Of a DNA stretch of 42,621 nt, positions 26,770-37,142 are shown piece by piece (position 1 is the stretch's first letter; each line of letters begins with the position of its first letter). The notes beneath the pieces are model-generated. The model was not told the DNA's origin. It made no database searches and worked only from the letters and a program-made list of their open reading frames with translations. Both the position numbers and the translations under genes were made by a program. The stretch is from assembly GCA_043804515.1 (NCBI GenBank), contig JAZDIZ010000005.1:1-42621 (forward strand), in the 5' to 3' direction. This DNA is from Pseudomonadota bacterium. Its GTDB lineage: Bacteria > Bdellovibrionota_G > JALEGL01 > DATDPG01.

Positions 26770-29261
26770 GCCACCCCGGTGTTTTCATCGTTCATCTGCA
26801 TCCGCTTGATTTTCTCCCGGCGCCGGTCGGCGATCTGGATGAACGCCGGCATGATGACGATGCTGGCGAAGATGCATCCTAGCTCCCCTATGAGCCCGAG
26901 CCAGCCGAACGAGGCCAGAGCTTGGCTCTGCGCCCAGAGAAGCGTGGCGTATCCGATGATGGTGGTGATCGAGCAAAGCACGATAGCGCCCCCCACGGTG
27001 CCCAGAACGCGCCGCACGGAACCCGCGCCCTCGAAGCGATACCGTTGGAACAGATTCACGCCGTAATCGACTCCGATGCCGAACGTGACGGGGAACGCGA
27101 TGAAGTTGAAGAAGTTGAGCTTGATTCCGAGGGCGGACTGGATTCCCATCATGAAAATCACGCCCAGCACGAGGCCCGAGACTACGTAAATAGATGTCCT
27201 CGCTTTCCGAAAATTCACGACCACCGCAAGAGCCACCAGAATGAACGCAAGAATCGTGGCGATGGGTCCGTCATGACGGACCGCCTTTAAAATGTCGGCG
27301 AAGATCGCCGCCTCCCCCGACATCCGAACCACCGATCCGTTCGGAAGGCGAATTGACGTAAGCGTGTCGGCGAACCGTATCAAGGTCCTGCCGTTGTTGA
27401 GGTTGGCTTCTGGCTTCGAGTAGACGAAAGCGAAGCGTCCGAGCGTGCCGTCCATCTCCTGGAAGTTTCTCTTGATCGAATCCGGAAGGTCCTCCATGGA
27501 GAGCGCTTCCAGGTCCACGGCTTTCCGGAAGTCGTCGATCTCCTTCCGATACTTCGGGCTGACGAAGTTCAAAGAGTGGTCTTGAAGGAGCTTCCGGATT
27601 TTCGCGAGTTCCTTGAGTTTCACGTTCTGCTCGGTCGGCAGGTACGATTGAAGCGTTTTGCACGTATCGATCGTTTTATCGGCGTCCGGAACGCCGGCTT
27701 CCCGCTTCATGACCGCGTCGCAGACGTACTTGGCTTCGGAGGGATCGTTGAGAAGCACCACCACGGGTGAGAGGCTCAACCCGAAGATGTCCTGCACGCG
27801 TCCCTTGAGGGATTGCACGGCCGGGTTGATGTGCGGCCTTGTGCGGAGCTTGCTGAAATCGTATTCAAGGGAGTTCGGAAGGAACCGGACGGCTAAGGCC
27901 ACGGCCGACACAGCGAGAATGATTCCGAACCCCGCGATGATTTTGGGGCCGTGGGATACAAGGATGCCGACAGGGTAGAGCAGAAACTCCCACTGCTTCG
28001 AGACGAAACGCCCTCCGCGTACGATGGGGAGGACCTTTTCGGTGACGACCATGAGCGGCGGCAGCGCCAGATAAGTCCCGATCCAGCAAAGGGTCATCCC
28101 GACACCGCCGATGAAGCCGAACTGAGTGAAGCCCTTGATGTCCGAAACCCCCAATGCCGCGAACGCCACCGACGTGGTGACGGCCGCCGTCAGTGTACCC
28201 GCCCAGGTGGTTTCGATGGCCTTGGCCAGGGAATCCTCGACTCCCGCCTGATTCCGGCGTTCCTCCATGTAACGGGCCAGCAGGATGATGCCGTAGTTCA
28301 CGCCGTTCCCGACGATGATGCTGCCCAGGAACGCCGTTTGCGAGTTGAGGTAGCCGATAGCGAGGCGTGTAAGGGCGAACGTCCAGAGGGCGCCGATGCC
28401 CACGACACACGTCAGAATCCAGATCGCCCGGAACCGGAGAAAATAGAGATACAGCGAACCGGCCACCAGGATCAGGCAGAGCGCGAGTGTCGACAGGACA
28501 TCTCGGATCAATTGGCCGTATTCGTTCACGGTGTCCCTGAATTTCCCCGTGAAATCCACGCGCATCGAGGGGTGATAACTGGAAGGGTTCATCTCATCGA
28601 TGATCGTTTGGACCTTCCCCATAAGGTCCTTGGCGAATCCCGTACCCGTCGAGCTTCCGTAAGGCCTGATCACCACGGCGGCAAGGCGGCCGCTCTCGCC
28701 GAAGAAGTACCCATCCAGATACTCGTCGTATTTCTTCGTCTTCGACTCGTATTTGTTCTCGATGTCGCCGACGTCGAACTCCACCTTGTCCTCTTCCAGG
28801 GCGATGAAGAACGGGTTCCTGCGGAGCTTTTCGTACCGGATCTTCCTGGCCAGCCGGTCGTGGATCGTGACGAGGTCTTCAAGGTCGACGTAGAGGTATT
28901 TATTCTTCGTGAAGAAGTCGCGAAGGTCGCTGATGTTGGATTCGACGTAGCGGACGTACTGCGGAGGGAGGCGTTTTAGCCTGGGCACCAGATCGGAAAT
29001 GAAACGCTCAGTGGCGCGGAAGTCTTCGCATTGGATCGCCACGATCAGGCTGGAGATCCCCCCGACCCTTTGCACCAAATGGTCCATGGCCACGACGCTG
29101 GGCCTGTCCTGGGGGAGCAGCTCCTTGAAATCGCTCCGGATCGAAAGCTTGGAGGCCAGATACGCCGAAGGCAGAAGGCTGACGAGAATGCCGGCCAGCC
29201 ACAAAAACGGGCGACGGTGAAAACTTTGCGCGAGTTTTCTGCTGTTGAACCAGCTCGGCAT
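26766..29261 (-). CDS. MMPL/RND-family lipid transporter (HpnN-like)
   Basis: Two TM bundles with large periplasmic loops; IIVGNGVNYGIILLARYMEE and FGIGVDYGVNLFQRY. Confidence 0.88.
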   Translation of the reverse strand: MPSWFNSRKLAQSFHRRPFLWLAGILVSLLPSAYLASKLSIRSDFKELLPQDRPSVVAMDHLVQRVGGISSLIVAIQCEDFRATERFISDLVPRLKRLPPQYVRYVESNISDLRDFFTKNKYLYVDLEDLVTIHDRLARKIRYEKLRRNPFFIALEEDKVEFDVGDIENKYESKTKKYDEYLDGYFFGESGRLAAVVIRPYGSSTGTGFAKDLMGKVQTIIDEMNPSSYHPSMRVDFTGKFRDTVNEYGQLIRDVLSTLALCLILVAGSLYLYFLRFRAIWILTCVVGIGALWTFALTRLAIGYLNSQTAFLGSIIVGNGVNYGIILLARYMEERRNQAGVEDSLAKAIETTWAGTLTAAVTTSVAFAALGVSDIKGFTQFGFIGGVGMTLCWIGTYLALPPLMVVTEKVLPIVRGGRFVSKQWEFLLYPVGILVSHGPKIIAGFGIILAVSAVALAVRFLPNSLEYDFSKLRTRPHINPAVQSLKGRVQDIFGLSLSPVVVLLNDPSEAKYVCDAVMKREAGVPDADKTIDTCKTLQSYLPTEQNVKLKELAKIRKLLQDHSLNFVSPKYRKEIDDFRKAVDLEALSMEDLPDSIKRNFQEMDGTLGRFAFVYSKPEANLNNGRTLIRFADTLTSIRLPNGSVVRMSGEAAIFADILKAVRHDGPIATILAFILVALAVVVNFRKARTSIYVVSGLVLGVIFMMGIQSALGIKLNFFNFIAFPVTFGIGVDYGVNLFQRYRFEGAGSVRRVLGTVGGAIVLCSITTIIGYATLLWAQSQALASFGWLGLIGELGCIFASIVIMPAFIQIADRRREKIKRMQMNDENTGVA

Positions 29262-29342
29262 ACGTAAAACGAAGCCGGATCATACCATCAATGGCGGAGA
29301 CGGCCTTTTGTTTTCGGCGCGAAACTGGTAGGAGAGCCGGCT

Positions 29343-30749
29343 ATGCTCGAGCTGAAGAAACTCATCGATTCCAGGCAAGGCGAGAACTACACGCTCCACG
29401 AGCGCTACATCAACCCCGCCTTCGCCAAAGTCCTCAAGATCATCGGGTTTGATCGTGTCTACACGAAGGGCAAGGGATCTTATCTCTGGGATCGCGAGGG
29501 GAACCGCTATCTCGATTTCATCTGCGGCTACGGCGTGTTCAACCTCGGGCGCAACCATCCCAGGATCCACGCCGTGCTCAAGGAATACCTGGATCTGGAT
29601 TATCCGAACCTCGTGAAGATGGACGGCCCGCTGGTGGCGGGTCTTCTGGCTGAGGCTCTCGTCAAGAGGATGCCGAAGGGACTGGACACGGTGTTCTTCG
29701 GCAATTCCGGGGCCGAGGGGATCGAGACCACGCTCAAGTTCAGCCGGGCGGCCACGGGACGTTTCAACACGCTGTTCACAGAGCACGCGTTTCACGGGCT
29801 GACGTACGGTTCGCTCTCCGTCAATGGTGACGAGCACTTCCGCGAAGGGTTCGGCCCGCTTCTCCCGGGCTGCGACAAGATCGCGTTCAACGATCTGGAG
29901 GCCCTGGACCGGGCGCTTTCGACGAAGAAGTACGGCGGATTCGTCGTGGAGCCGATCCAAGGCAAAGGGATTTTTGTTCCGGCGGACGGGTATCTGAAGG
30001 AAGCCCAGAGGCTGTGCAGGAAGCACGGGACCGTTTTCATCGTGGACGAAGTCCAGATGGGAATGGGACGGACGGGCAAATTTCTCTGCCTGGAGCACTG
30101 GGGCCTCGAGCCCGACATGGTCGTTCTGTCCAAATCGCTCTCGGGCGGGCAAGTTCCGGTCTCGGCCGTGATCGGGCGCCGCGATATTTTCACGAAGGTG
30201 TTCAGCCGCCTCGACCGCTGCGTGGTGCACTCCACGACATTCGGCCAGAACGCGATGGCGATGGTCGCGGGTTTGGCCGCGTTGGACGTTCTGGAGGAGG
30301 AAAAGCTCATCGAGAACGCCGCGAAAATGGGCGACCTACTCATGCGCGAACTCAAGGCGCGCATCGGCCGGTTCGAACTGTTGAAAGACGTGAGGGGGAA
30401 GGGGCTCATGATCGGCGTGGAATTCGGCGAGCCGAAGTCCCTGGGCCTGAAAGTGGCGTGGAAGCTGCTACACAAGGCGGACGGCGGACTGTTCACGCAA
30501 GCGATCATCATGCCGCTCCTCGAAAAGCATCACGTCCTGACGCAGGTGGCGGGCCACAACCAGGACACGATCAAGCTTTCTCCTCCGCTCTGCATCACGG
30601 AGGAGGACATCACCTATTTCATGCGGGCGTTCGACGCCGTGGTGGCGGAATGCCACAAGTTCCCCGGCCCGGTATGGGACGTGGGCTCCGCTTTGGCGAG
30701 GCACGCCATGAGCAGAGGCCAGAAATCGGGCGACACGTTCGCTTCTTAG
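29343..30749 (+). CDS. Class III aminotransferase, HpnO-like
   Basis: YLDFICGYGVFNLGRNHP, DEVQMGMGRTG, LSKSLSGG, CVVHSTTFGQN, LTQVAGHNQDTIKLSPPL (resembles hopanoid HpnO). Confidence 0.85.
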   Translation: MLELKKLIDSRQGENYTLHERYINPAFAKVLKIIGFDRVYTKGKGSYLWDREGNRYLDFICGYGVFNLGRNHPRIHAVLKEYLDLDYPNLVKMDGPLVAGLLAEALVKRMPKGLDTVFFGNSGAEGIETTLKFSRAATGRFNTLFTEHAFHGLTYGSLSVNGDEHFREGFGPLLPGCDKIAFNDLEALDRALSTKKYGGFVVEPIQGKGIFVPADGYLKEAQRLCRKHGTVFIVDEVQMGMGRTGKFLCLEHWGLEPDMVVLSKSLSGGQVPVSAVIGRRDIFTKVFSRLDRCVVHSTTFGQNAMAMVAGLAALDVLEEEKLIENAAKMGDLLMRELKARIGRFELLKDVRGKGLMIGVEFGEPKSLGLKVAWKLLHKADGGLFTQAIIMPLLEKHHVLTQVAGHNQDTIKLSPPLCITEEDITYFMRAFDAVVAECHKFPGPVWDVGSALARHAMSRGQKSGDTFAS

Positions 30750-31405
30750 GGGAGTTTCTGAATAGGAGGAACGACGTTCTCTCCGGGCTGTCTCTTGCGG
30801 CGGAAATAGACGATCGCCGAAAACGCGGCCACCAACAGAAGAACGACAATCAATGCCGAACGCCCCGTTCGATGCATGGCCCGGACGGCGTCCGAGGGCT
30901 CGTCTCCGACATAATGAAGAACGTAGTTCACGATGATCATGTTGAGCGGTATGCTGATGAGCGCCGCGACACTGTCCAATAAGATGAAGCGCCGGTAGGG
31001 CATCCTCAAAATCCCCGCCGTCAGAAAAACCGTGGCACGGAGGCCGGCGATGAAACGGGCCACAAACACCACCCGGTTCCCCCACCGATGGAATCTCTGG
31101 TTGGCCTTCTTCATGCGTTCGGGAGTGACGAGATTGCGGAACGGAAAGATCGTAAAGATCCGGTTCCCGTAACGCCGGCCGACGGAATAAAGGATGGTGT
31201 CGCCGACCAGGACGGCGACGATCACCATCATGATCGCGGGAACGAGGCCGACATCCCCCTCGTACGCGAGGTAGGCAGCCGAGATGATGGGGATTTCCTC
31301 GGGGAGCGGGAGGCCCATCCCGCACAGGAGGAGGACCAAGAGCACAAGCCCGACGGCCATGAAGGGCGTGAGCGTTGAGATCCACTCTATGAATTGAGCA
31401 GTCAT
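30746..31405 (-). CDS. DedA-family membrane protein
   Basis: GMGLPLPEE, VGDTILYSVGRRYG, VFVARFIAGLR, AGILRMPYRRF. Confidence 0.92.
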   Translation of the reverse strand: MTAQFIEWISTLTPFMAVGLVLLVLLLCGMGLPLPEEIPIISAAYLAYEGDVGLVPAIMMVIVAVLVGDTILYSVGRRYGNRIFTIFPFRNLVTPERMKKANQRFHRWGNRVVFVARFIAGLRATVFLTAGILRMPYRRFILLDSVAALISIPLNMIIVNYVLHYVGDEPSDAVRAMHRTGRSALIVVLLLVAAFSAIVYFRRKRQPGENVVPPIQKLP

Positions 31406-31577
31406 GAAGATTGGTTCCGCTTTAGGGAAGCGGACCGTACCAACGGTGAGCCCATCCCGTCAATTTCAACCGATTCAACCGAGTCCATCTTTTGTATATT
31501 CGAATATAACCGCCCCGGGTGTAACTTTACTTGCGGAAAGGTTTGGAAAGTTCCCTTTCTTGGCGTAACCTAACCCC

Positions 31578-33230
31578 ATGCTAGAGGCTCAAAACACGGA
31601 AACAGAACTTACCCTGGAGCCCACTTCGGACCAGGAAACGGAAAAAAAGATCGATTGGGACCGGGTCGGGCAGCTTCGGGTCACGCGCAAGATCATGGAT
31701 GCGCTCAAGAACCTGGACCTGTCGGCGGCGTATCTGACCCGGGCCAACCGCCGGAAAGACGCGAGAAAGAAATACCTGGGACACGGCTCACGGAAGATGA
31801 TGTCGGAGGCCGAAACCTCCTTCGTCCTTCCCGAAAAGAAGCTGTTCTGCGCCTTCGTCCAGAAGACCGCGGACGGGTTGAACCGGTGTCAGGAAGACTG
31901 CTTGGCCGTGATCGAGGATTCGATCGCCCGAAACGAAGTTGTGGCCCGCGAGTGCCACGCCGGACTCATCGAAATGGCCGTGCCGATCCGGGTCGAGAGC
32001 AAGGTGGTGGGAGTCCTCCGGTGCGGCGAATTCGCATCGGGAAAACCGGACGCGCTCACCTCGGCTAAAATCGAGGAAAAACTGTCACCCCTCAATCTGG
32101 TCAAGGACAAGGTCGACGATCAGGTGAAGAACGTGCCGTTCTTCTCCAGCGAGAAGATCGCCGTCGTGAACAACCTCATGGAAATGTTGAGCGGAGAGAT
32201 TTCCGGCTACATCGAGGAAACCACCAAAGAGGAAAAAACCACCGGTGAGATCGAACAACACAACTACCAGGGGTTGATCACCAAAAACGGCGTCATTCTC
32301 GACATCATCCGCCAGATCAAATTGATCGGGGCGTCCGACAGCTCGGTCATCATTTACGGTGAATCGGGCACGGGGAAGGAACTGATCGCGAAGTTGATCC
32401 ACAATCACTCCAACCGCGCGAACAAGCCGCTGGTCACGATCAACTGCGCCGCCTTGACGGAGACGATCCTTGAGGCCGAGCTTTTCGGATACAAGAAGGG
32501 AGCCTTCACGGGCGCGACCTCCGACAAGAAAGGGCTCTTCGAAGTCGCCGATACGGGCACGATTCTCCTCGACGAGGTCGGGGAAATGTCGCTCTCCCTG
32601 CAGGTGAAAATCCTGCGGCTTATTCAGGAAGGCACGTTCATGCGCGTGGGAGACACCGAGATGAAACAGGTGGATGTCCGCATCATCTCGGCCACGCACC
32701 GCGACCTCCGGCGCCTGATCGAGCTCGGGAAGTTCCGGGAGGATCTGTACTACCGCCTTGCCGTCGTGGAGCTGACGCTTCCGCCGCTTAGGGACCGCCC
32801 GGAAGACGTTCCGATCCTTATCCACACCTTCCTCAAGGAGTTCCAGGACAAGACGGGCAAGCAGGGAATCACGATCTCGGGCGAAGTGATGAAAGTGTTC
32901 CAGGAGTACTACTGGCCCGGAAACGTTCGGGAGATCCGCAACGAGGTGGAACGGATCGTGGCGCTCCGCCAGAGCCATTCGCTCATCAAGCCGAGGGATC
33001 TCTCCAAGAAGTTCTTCTACGAGACCTATCCGGAGGGAATCCGCGCGGGAGACGAGGACGAGGAAGGGTACATCAAGAAGATGGTGGAGGAGTTCGAGCG
33101 CAGCATGCTCTCGAAATACCTGCGCAAGCATAAGTGGAACAAGACGAAGGTGGCCCGGCTATGCGGGATCACCCGGCAGGGACTGAACAAGAAGATCGCC
33201 AAGTACAAACTGGACCGTCGAAGGGTCTAA
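31578..33230 (+). CDS. Sigma-54-dependent activator with PocR sensory domain
   Basis: PocR-like FCAFVQ...RCQEDC...ECHAGLIEMAVPI; GESGTGKE, GAFTGA, LLDEVGE, FREDLYYRL, WPGNVRE and a C-terminal Fis HTH. Confidence 0.93.
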   Translation: MLEAQNTETELTLEPTSDQETEKKIDWDRVGQLRVTRKIMDALKNLDLSAAYLTRANRRKDARKKYLGHGSRKMMSEAETSFVLPEKKLFCAFVQKTADGLNRCQEDCLAVIEDSIARNEVVARECHAGLIEMAVPIRVESKVVGVLRCGEFASGKPDALTSAKIEEKLSPLNLVKDKVDDQVKNVPFFSSEKIAVVNNLMEMLSGEISGYIEETTKEEKTTGEIEQHNYQGLITKNGVILDIIRQIKLIGASDSSVIIYGESGTGKELIAKLIHNHSNRANKPLVTINCAALTETILEAELFGYKKGAFTGATSDKKGLFEVADTGTILLDEVGEMSLSLQVKILRLIQEGTFMRVGDTEMKQVDVRIISATHRDLRRLIELGKFREDLYYRLAVVELTLPPLRDRPEDVPILIHTFLKEFQDKTGKQGITISGEVMKVFQEYYWPGNVREIRNEVERIVALRQSHSLIKPRDLSKKFFYETYPEGIRAGDEDEEGYIKKMVEEFERSMLSKYLRKHKWNKTKVARLCGITRQGLNKKIAKYKLDRRRV

Positions 33231-33257
33231 TGCCGGAGACGGTCGGATCCGTCCCGG

Positions 33258-33503
33258 TTATCGCAGCTTCTTTAAAACCTTCTTTACGTTTTCATCCGCC
33301 GTGCTCGGAGACTTCTTGAGTTCCTCGAGAATATTGAGGAGCTGATCGTCCCCAAGGGCTTCAGCGGCCAGCGCAAGTTTGGCATCACCCGAAAGCGCGA
33401 ACGTTTCGCGCACGTGATTGGGATCCTGCTCTCCCTTGGCCCAGGCACCTGAGACGAAAACCAACAGAAGGAAAACGCTTATTCCTAAAACTGTCCGCTT
33501 CAT
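33258..33503 (-). CDS. Small secreted hypothetical protein
   Basis: Signal peptide MKRTVLGISVFLLLVFVSGAWA; sigma-54-type motif upstream. Confidence 0.72.
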   Translation of the reverse strand: MKRTVLGISVFLLLVFVSGAWAKGEQDPNHVRETFALSGDAKLALAAEALGDDQLLNILEELKKSPSTADENVKKVLKKLR

Positions 33504-33518
33504 AATGATCCCATGCAG

Positions 33519-33571
33519 TGCAGACGCTGTGCCAGCCTGTGGCCGATTGTGTGCTTCGTAACATATTGAAA
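33519..33571 (-). promoter_or_regulatory. Putative sigma-54 promoter with IHF-like site
   Basis: Minus strand CTGGCACAGCGTCTGCA at 33519-33535 (GG-N10-GC); TTTCAATATGTTA at 33559-33571 resembles the IHF consensus. Confidence 0.62.
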
Positions 33572-33716
33572 TTACAGGCCTTTTATGAGAGGTGAAAAAG
33601 GGAGAACCGGGTGCTGGGTGCGCGCTGTCGCGGCGTGACCGCCGCGGTTAGGGAGTCCGCAAAAAAGGTCTTTCGCCTGGCCCTGCACGTGTTCTTATGA
33701 AAAAATTCCTCCGTTT

Positions 33717-36700
33717 ATGCGTCCGGCCAACTGGTCCGAAGTCCTAAAGTCCGACTTGGACAAGCTAACCCAGCTTTCCAGTTTCGGGCCTCGGCCTACG
33801 GAGGTTCGGCTCAAAGAAGGCGAGCGCCGCACGGTAGCGATTCTCTTCCTGGACATTCAGGGCTTCACGGCCATGAGCGAGAAGCTGGATCCGGAGGACG
33901 TCCAGCTCATCATCGATAATTGTTTCAAGATCCTGACGGGAGAAATCGAAAAGCATCGCGGGTACGTGGACAAGTACGAGGGGGACCGCCTCATGGCGCT
34001 CTTCGGTTTTCGCGAGGCGTCCGAACTGGATTCGGAACAGGCGGTGCGGGCGGCCCTCGGCATGCGGCAGAAATTTTCCGAAATCAACCGGATCCTGGCC
34101 CAGCGAAACATATCCATCGGGATCCGGATCGGGATCAACACCGGACTTGTTGTGACCGGACGGATCGGCAAGGGAAGGGATCAGGACTTCACGGTTATGG
34201 GGGACGCGGTGAATCTGGCTTCCCGATTGGAGAGCCACGCGCCGGCGGGAGAGATTCTCGTGAGCGAGGACGTGCACCGGTCCGCCGGAGACGCGTTTCT
34301 GTACAACAGCCTGGGCGAAATCCAAGTCAAAGGGAAAAGCCAATCGGTGGCCGTGTTCGTGGTCACGGGGCCGAACCCGGAACGGAAGGAACGTTGGGAG
34401 CGCTCTCCGTTTACGAGGCGCAGTGCCTACGTGCGCCGGGAGATCGAGGATCGCGTTCTGGAGCGGGTAAAACGGGACCTTCAGAAGACGGGCCGCGGCA
34501 TTCAAACGGTGGCGTTCGCGGCTCCCGCGGGCGTGGGAAAGTCCCGGCTGGTCCACGAATTTCTAAAGCGCATTGCGGAACGCCAGGATCCCGCGCCGAT
34601 GGTGGCGAGGGCGGTCGCGGGCGCGGAACAGACGCAACCCTACGGCGTATTCAGCGACCTGATCCGGAAGATCATGGGGCATCCCGTCGGACGAAAAATC
34701 GTCCTGGAAAGCGGACGGCAAGGGGGAGGGAGAGCGGAGAAACCCGTTAAGTTCGTGCTCCAATTTCTCTCCGGGCAGGAGGACGCGGATGCCTGGGTCC
34801 GGACGCTGGAGCCGCAGGCACTTCAATTGGAGATTCACCTTGCCGTGCGCCGGGTTTTAGAGCGGCTTGCCGAGGCCGCCAAAACGCAGGGCCTGAGCCC
34901 TCTGTACGTGCATTTGGACGACCTGCAATGGATCGACACCGCCTCCTTGGAATGCATGGAATTTCTGGGGGCGAACCTGAGCCGCGAGGCCCCCGTCTTT
35001 TTCATCTGGACCTACCGCCCGGAATTCCGCCCCACGGAAACGCTCGTCAAGAACCTGGGCATTTCGGAATTTGAGGTCTCACCGCTGAGCGAAAAAAGCT
35101 GCGCGGAAATCCTCGAGAACGTACTGGGGTCGGTTTCATTAGGCCCTCATGAACGGGAGATCCTGATCCGGCGAAGCGCGGGGAACCCGTTCTTCTTGGA
35201 GGAGTTGATTCAAGCCCTGATCGATTACGGCGCGCTCAAACGGGACGGCCCCGGATGGAAGCTGGCGGGTCCGTTGGAGGAAGCCACGCTGCCTGATTCG
35301 GTGCACCGGATTCTCCTGGGCAGAATCGACCATCTGGATCTGGATTCGAAGGAAGCGCTGATGGCGGCCTCCGTCGCGGGGGACACGTTCCCGTTCGAGC
35401 TTCTCAAAGGGGTGGGACGGAGCATGGGCTGGACCGGCGAGGTTGTGGAGCGAAGGCTTTTGGAACTGGCGGATCTCGGCTTCATCTACCAACGCCGCGA
35501 GGACGGCCCCTTCGGGAAGCAGTTCTCTTTCCGGCACGCCTTGATCCGGGATGTCGTCTATTCGACGCTTCTCAACCATAACAAGAAGATTCTGCATGAG
35601 CTTACGGGGCGCGCCTTCGAGGGATTGCTCGCCGGCCGTGCCGAAGAACAGGCCAATCTTCTCTACCGCCATTTTCTCGTCGCGGGTCTCGCCCCGGAGG
35701 CGCTCCGGTACGGGAGGCTGGCGGTGGAACGCGCGTACCGGCAAAACGCTCCCAAGGAGGGGCTCCGGATGGTCCGCGAGCTCCGGGACCTGATCCGCCA
35801 CGGGGATCTCGCCGCGGTGGAGGCGGGCGAAGCCGACATGCGGCTCCTGGATGCGGAGTGCAAGTTCCACGATTTTCTCGGGGAAAGGAACGAGCAGCTG
35901 CGCAGCATCCGGGAGCTGGAGCGGTTGGAGAAGAGGTATCCCAAGGCCAAGGTCAAGGCCCGGGTCGCGCTCCATAAGGCCGAATACTTCATCGCCACGG
36001 GGGACTTCCGCAAAGCGCGCCAGTTCGCCCAACGGGGGCTGAAGGAGATGGGGCAGAAAGGACGGGCCTCCAAGCTCCGGATGGACCTCTTACGAACGCA
36101 AGGAATCGCGTGTTATTCGATCGGGGATTTCCCGGAAGCGCTCAAGAACTACCGCAGGGGACTGGAGATCGCGCGGGAGCTCCATGATCGGAATGCCGAA
36201 GGGGGATTCTACAACGCGACCGGGCTCGTTCAGTTCAACACGGACCGGTTGACCGAGGCCCTGGAGAACTACGCCAAAGCCCACGCCATCATGACCGAAA
36301 TCGGCGACCGGCGGGGGGATGCGAACGCCTTGGGGAACCGCGGCCTCATCTACTGGTCCTTGGGCGAGTACAGCCGGGCTCTTGGGGAACTCAACCAAAG
36401 CCACACGATTTTCCGCGAGATCGACTTCAAGAAAGGGGAAGCGATCACGCTCGGAAACATCGGAGTGATCCACCACAAGCTGGGGCAGCATCAGGAGGCC
36501 CTCAACTGTTATGAAAAGGCTCTCGTGCTGCGTCGGGAAATCCGGGACCGCGCGGGCGAAGGGTACGACGTGATCAACATCGGCGCCGTGTACCTGAATC
36601 TGGGCGAGATGCCCCGGGCCCTGGAATTTCTCCGTGCCGGGGAGAAACTGGCGCGGGAGGTGGGGAGCAACTACCTTCTGGCCGAGAGCCTGAATTGCCA

Positions 36701-37142
36701 GGCTGTCGTGTTTCGGAAATTGGGGGAACGGGACGCCAATATGCTGAAGCAGGCTAAAGAAGCCGGGTCCGAGGCTCTCTCCCTGGCGGTGTCCCACAAC
36801 CTCGTACCCGCGCAAGTAAAGGCCAAATCGAATCTCGCAAGGCTTCATCTGGTGCTCGGGGACCGGGATCGGGCTCTCGCGCTCACCCGTGAAGTCATGC
36901 GGGAGGTCGAAGAGCGGAGCGGCGGCATGGAAGGAATGGAAGAAGACGCCTACATGAACCACTACGAAATCCTGAAAAAAGCCGGCCTGGCCGGCGAGGC
37001 GCGCGCGGCCCTCGGGATCCTCGTGAAGCTCATCGAATCGCGGGCCGGAAAAATCAAGGAGGAACATTTCCGCAAGAGCTTTCTCGAATCGGTGCGCCAG
37101 AACCGATATGCTTTGAAAGAGTGGAAGACCCCGGGTCCATGA
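33717..37142 (+). CDS. Class III adenylate/guanylate cyclase + AAA/STAND NTPase + TPR protein
   Basis: FLDIQGFT, DKYEGDRLMALFG and DFTVMGDAVNLASRLE (intact catalytic motifs); PAGVGKS, LDDLQWID, GNPFFLEE and TPR repeats. Confidence 0.93.
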   Translation: MRPANWSEVLKSDLDKLTQLSSFGPRPTEVRLKEGERRTVAILFLDIQGFTAMSEKLDPEDVQLIIDNCFKILTGEIEKHRGYVDKYEGDRLMALFGFREASELDSEQAVRAALGMRQKFSEINRILAQRNISIGIRIGINTGLVVTGRIGKGRDQDFTVMGDAVNLASRLESHAPAGEILVSEDVHRSAGDAFLYNSLGEIQVKGKSQSVAVFVVTGPNPERKERWERSPFTRRSAYVRREIEDRVLERVKRDLQKTGRGIQTVAFAAPAGVGKSRLVHEFLKRIAERQDPAPMVARAVAGAEQTQPYGVFSDLIRKIMGHPVGRKIVLESGRQGGGRAEKPVKFVLQFLSGQEDADAWVRTLEPQALQLEIHLAVRRVLERLAEAAKTQGLSPLYVHLDDLQWIDTASLECMEFLGANLSREAPVFFIWTYRPEFRPTETLVKNLGISEFEVSPLSEKSCAEILENVLGSVSLGPHEREILIRRSAGNPFFLEELIQALIDYGALKRDGPGWKLAGPLEEATLPDSVHRILLGRIDHLDLDSKEALMAASVAGDTFPFELLKGVGRSMGWTGEVVERRLLELADLGFIYQRREDGPFGKQFSFRHALIRDVVYSTLLNHNKKILHELTGRAFEGLLAGRAEEQANLLYRHFLVAGLAPEALRYGRLAVERAYRQNAPKEGLRMVRELRDLIRHGDLAAVEAGEADMRLLDAECKFHDFLGERNEQLRSIRELERLEKRYPKAKVKARVALHKAEYFIATGDFRKARQFAQRGLKEMGQKGRASKLRMDLLRTQGIACYSIGDFPEALKNYRRGLEIARELHDRNAEGGFYNATGLVQFNTDRLTEALENYAKAHAIMTEIGDRRGDANALGNRGLIYWSLGEYSRALGELNQSHTIFREIDFKKGEAITLGNIGVIHHKLGQHQEALNCYEKALVLRREIRDRAGEGYDVINIGAVYLNLGEMPRALEFLRAGEKLAREVGSNYLLAESLNCQAVVFRKLGERDANMLKQAKEAGSEALSLAVSHNLVPAQVKAKSNLARLHLVLGDRDRALALTREVMREVEERSGGMEGMEEDAYMNHYEILKKAGLAGEARAALGILVKLIESRAGKIKEEHFRKSFLESVRQNRYALKEWKTPGP

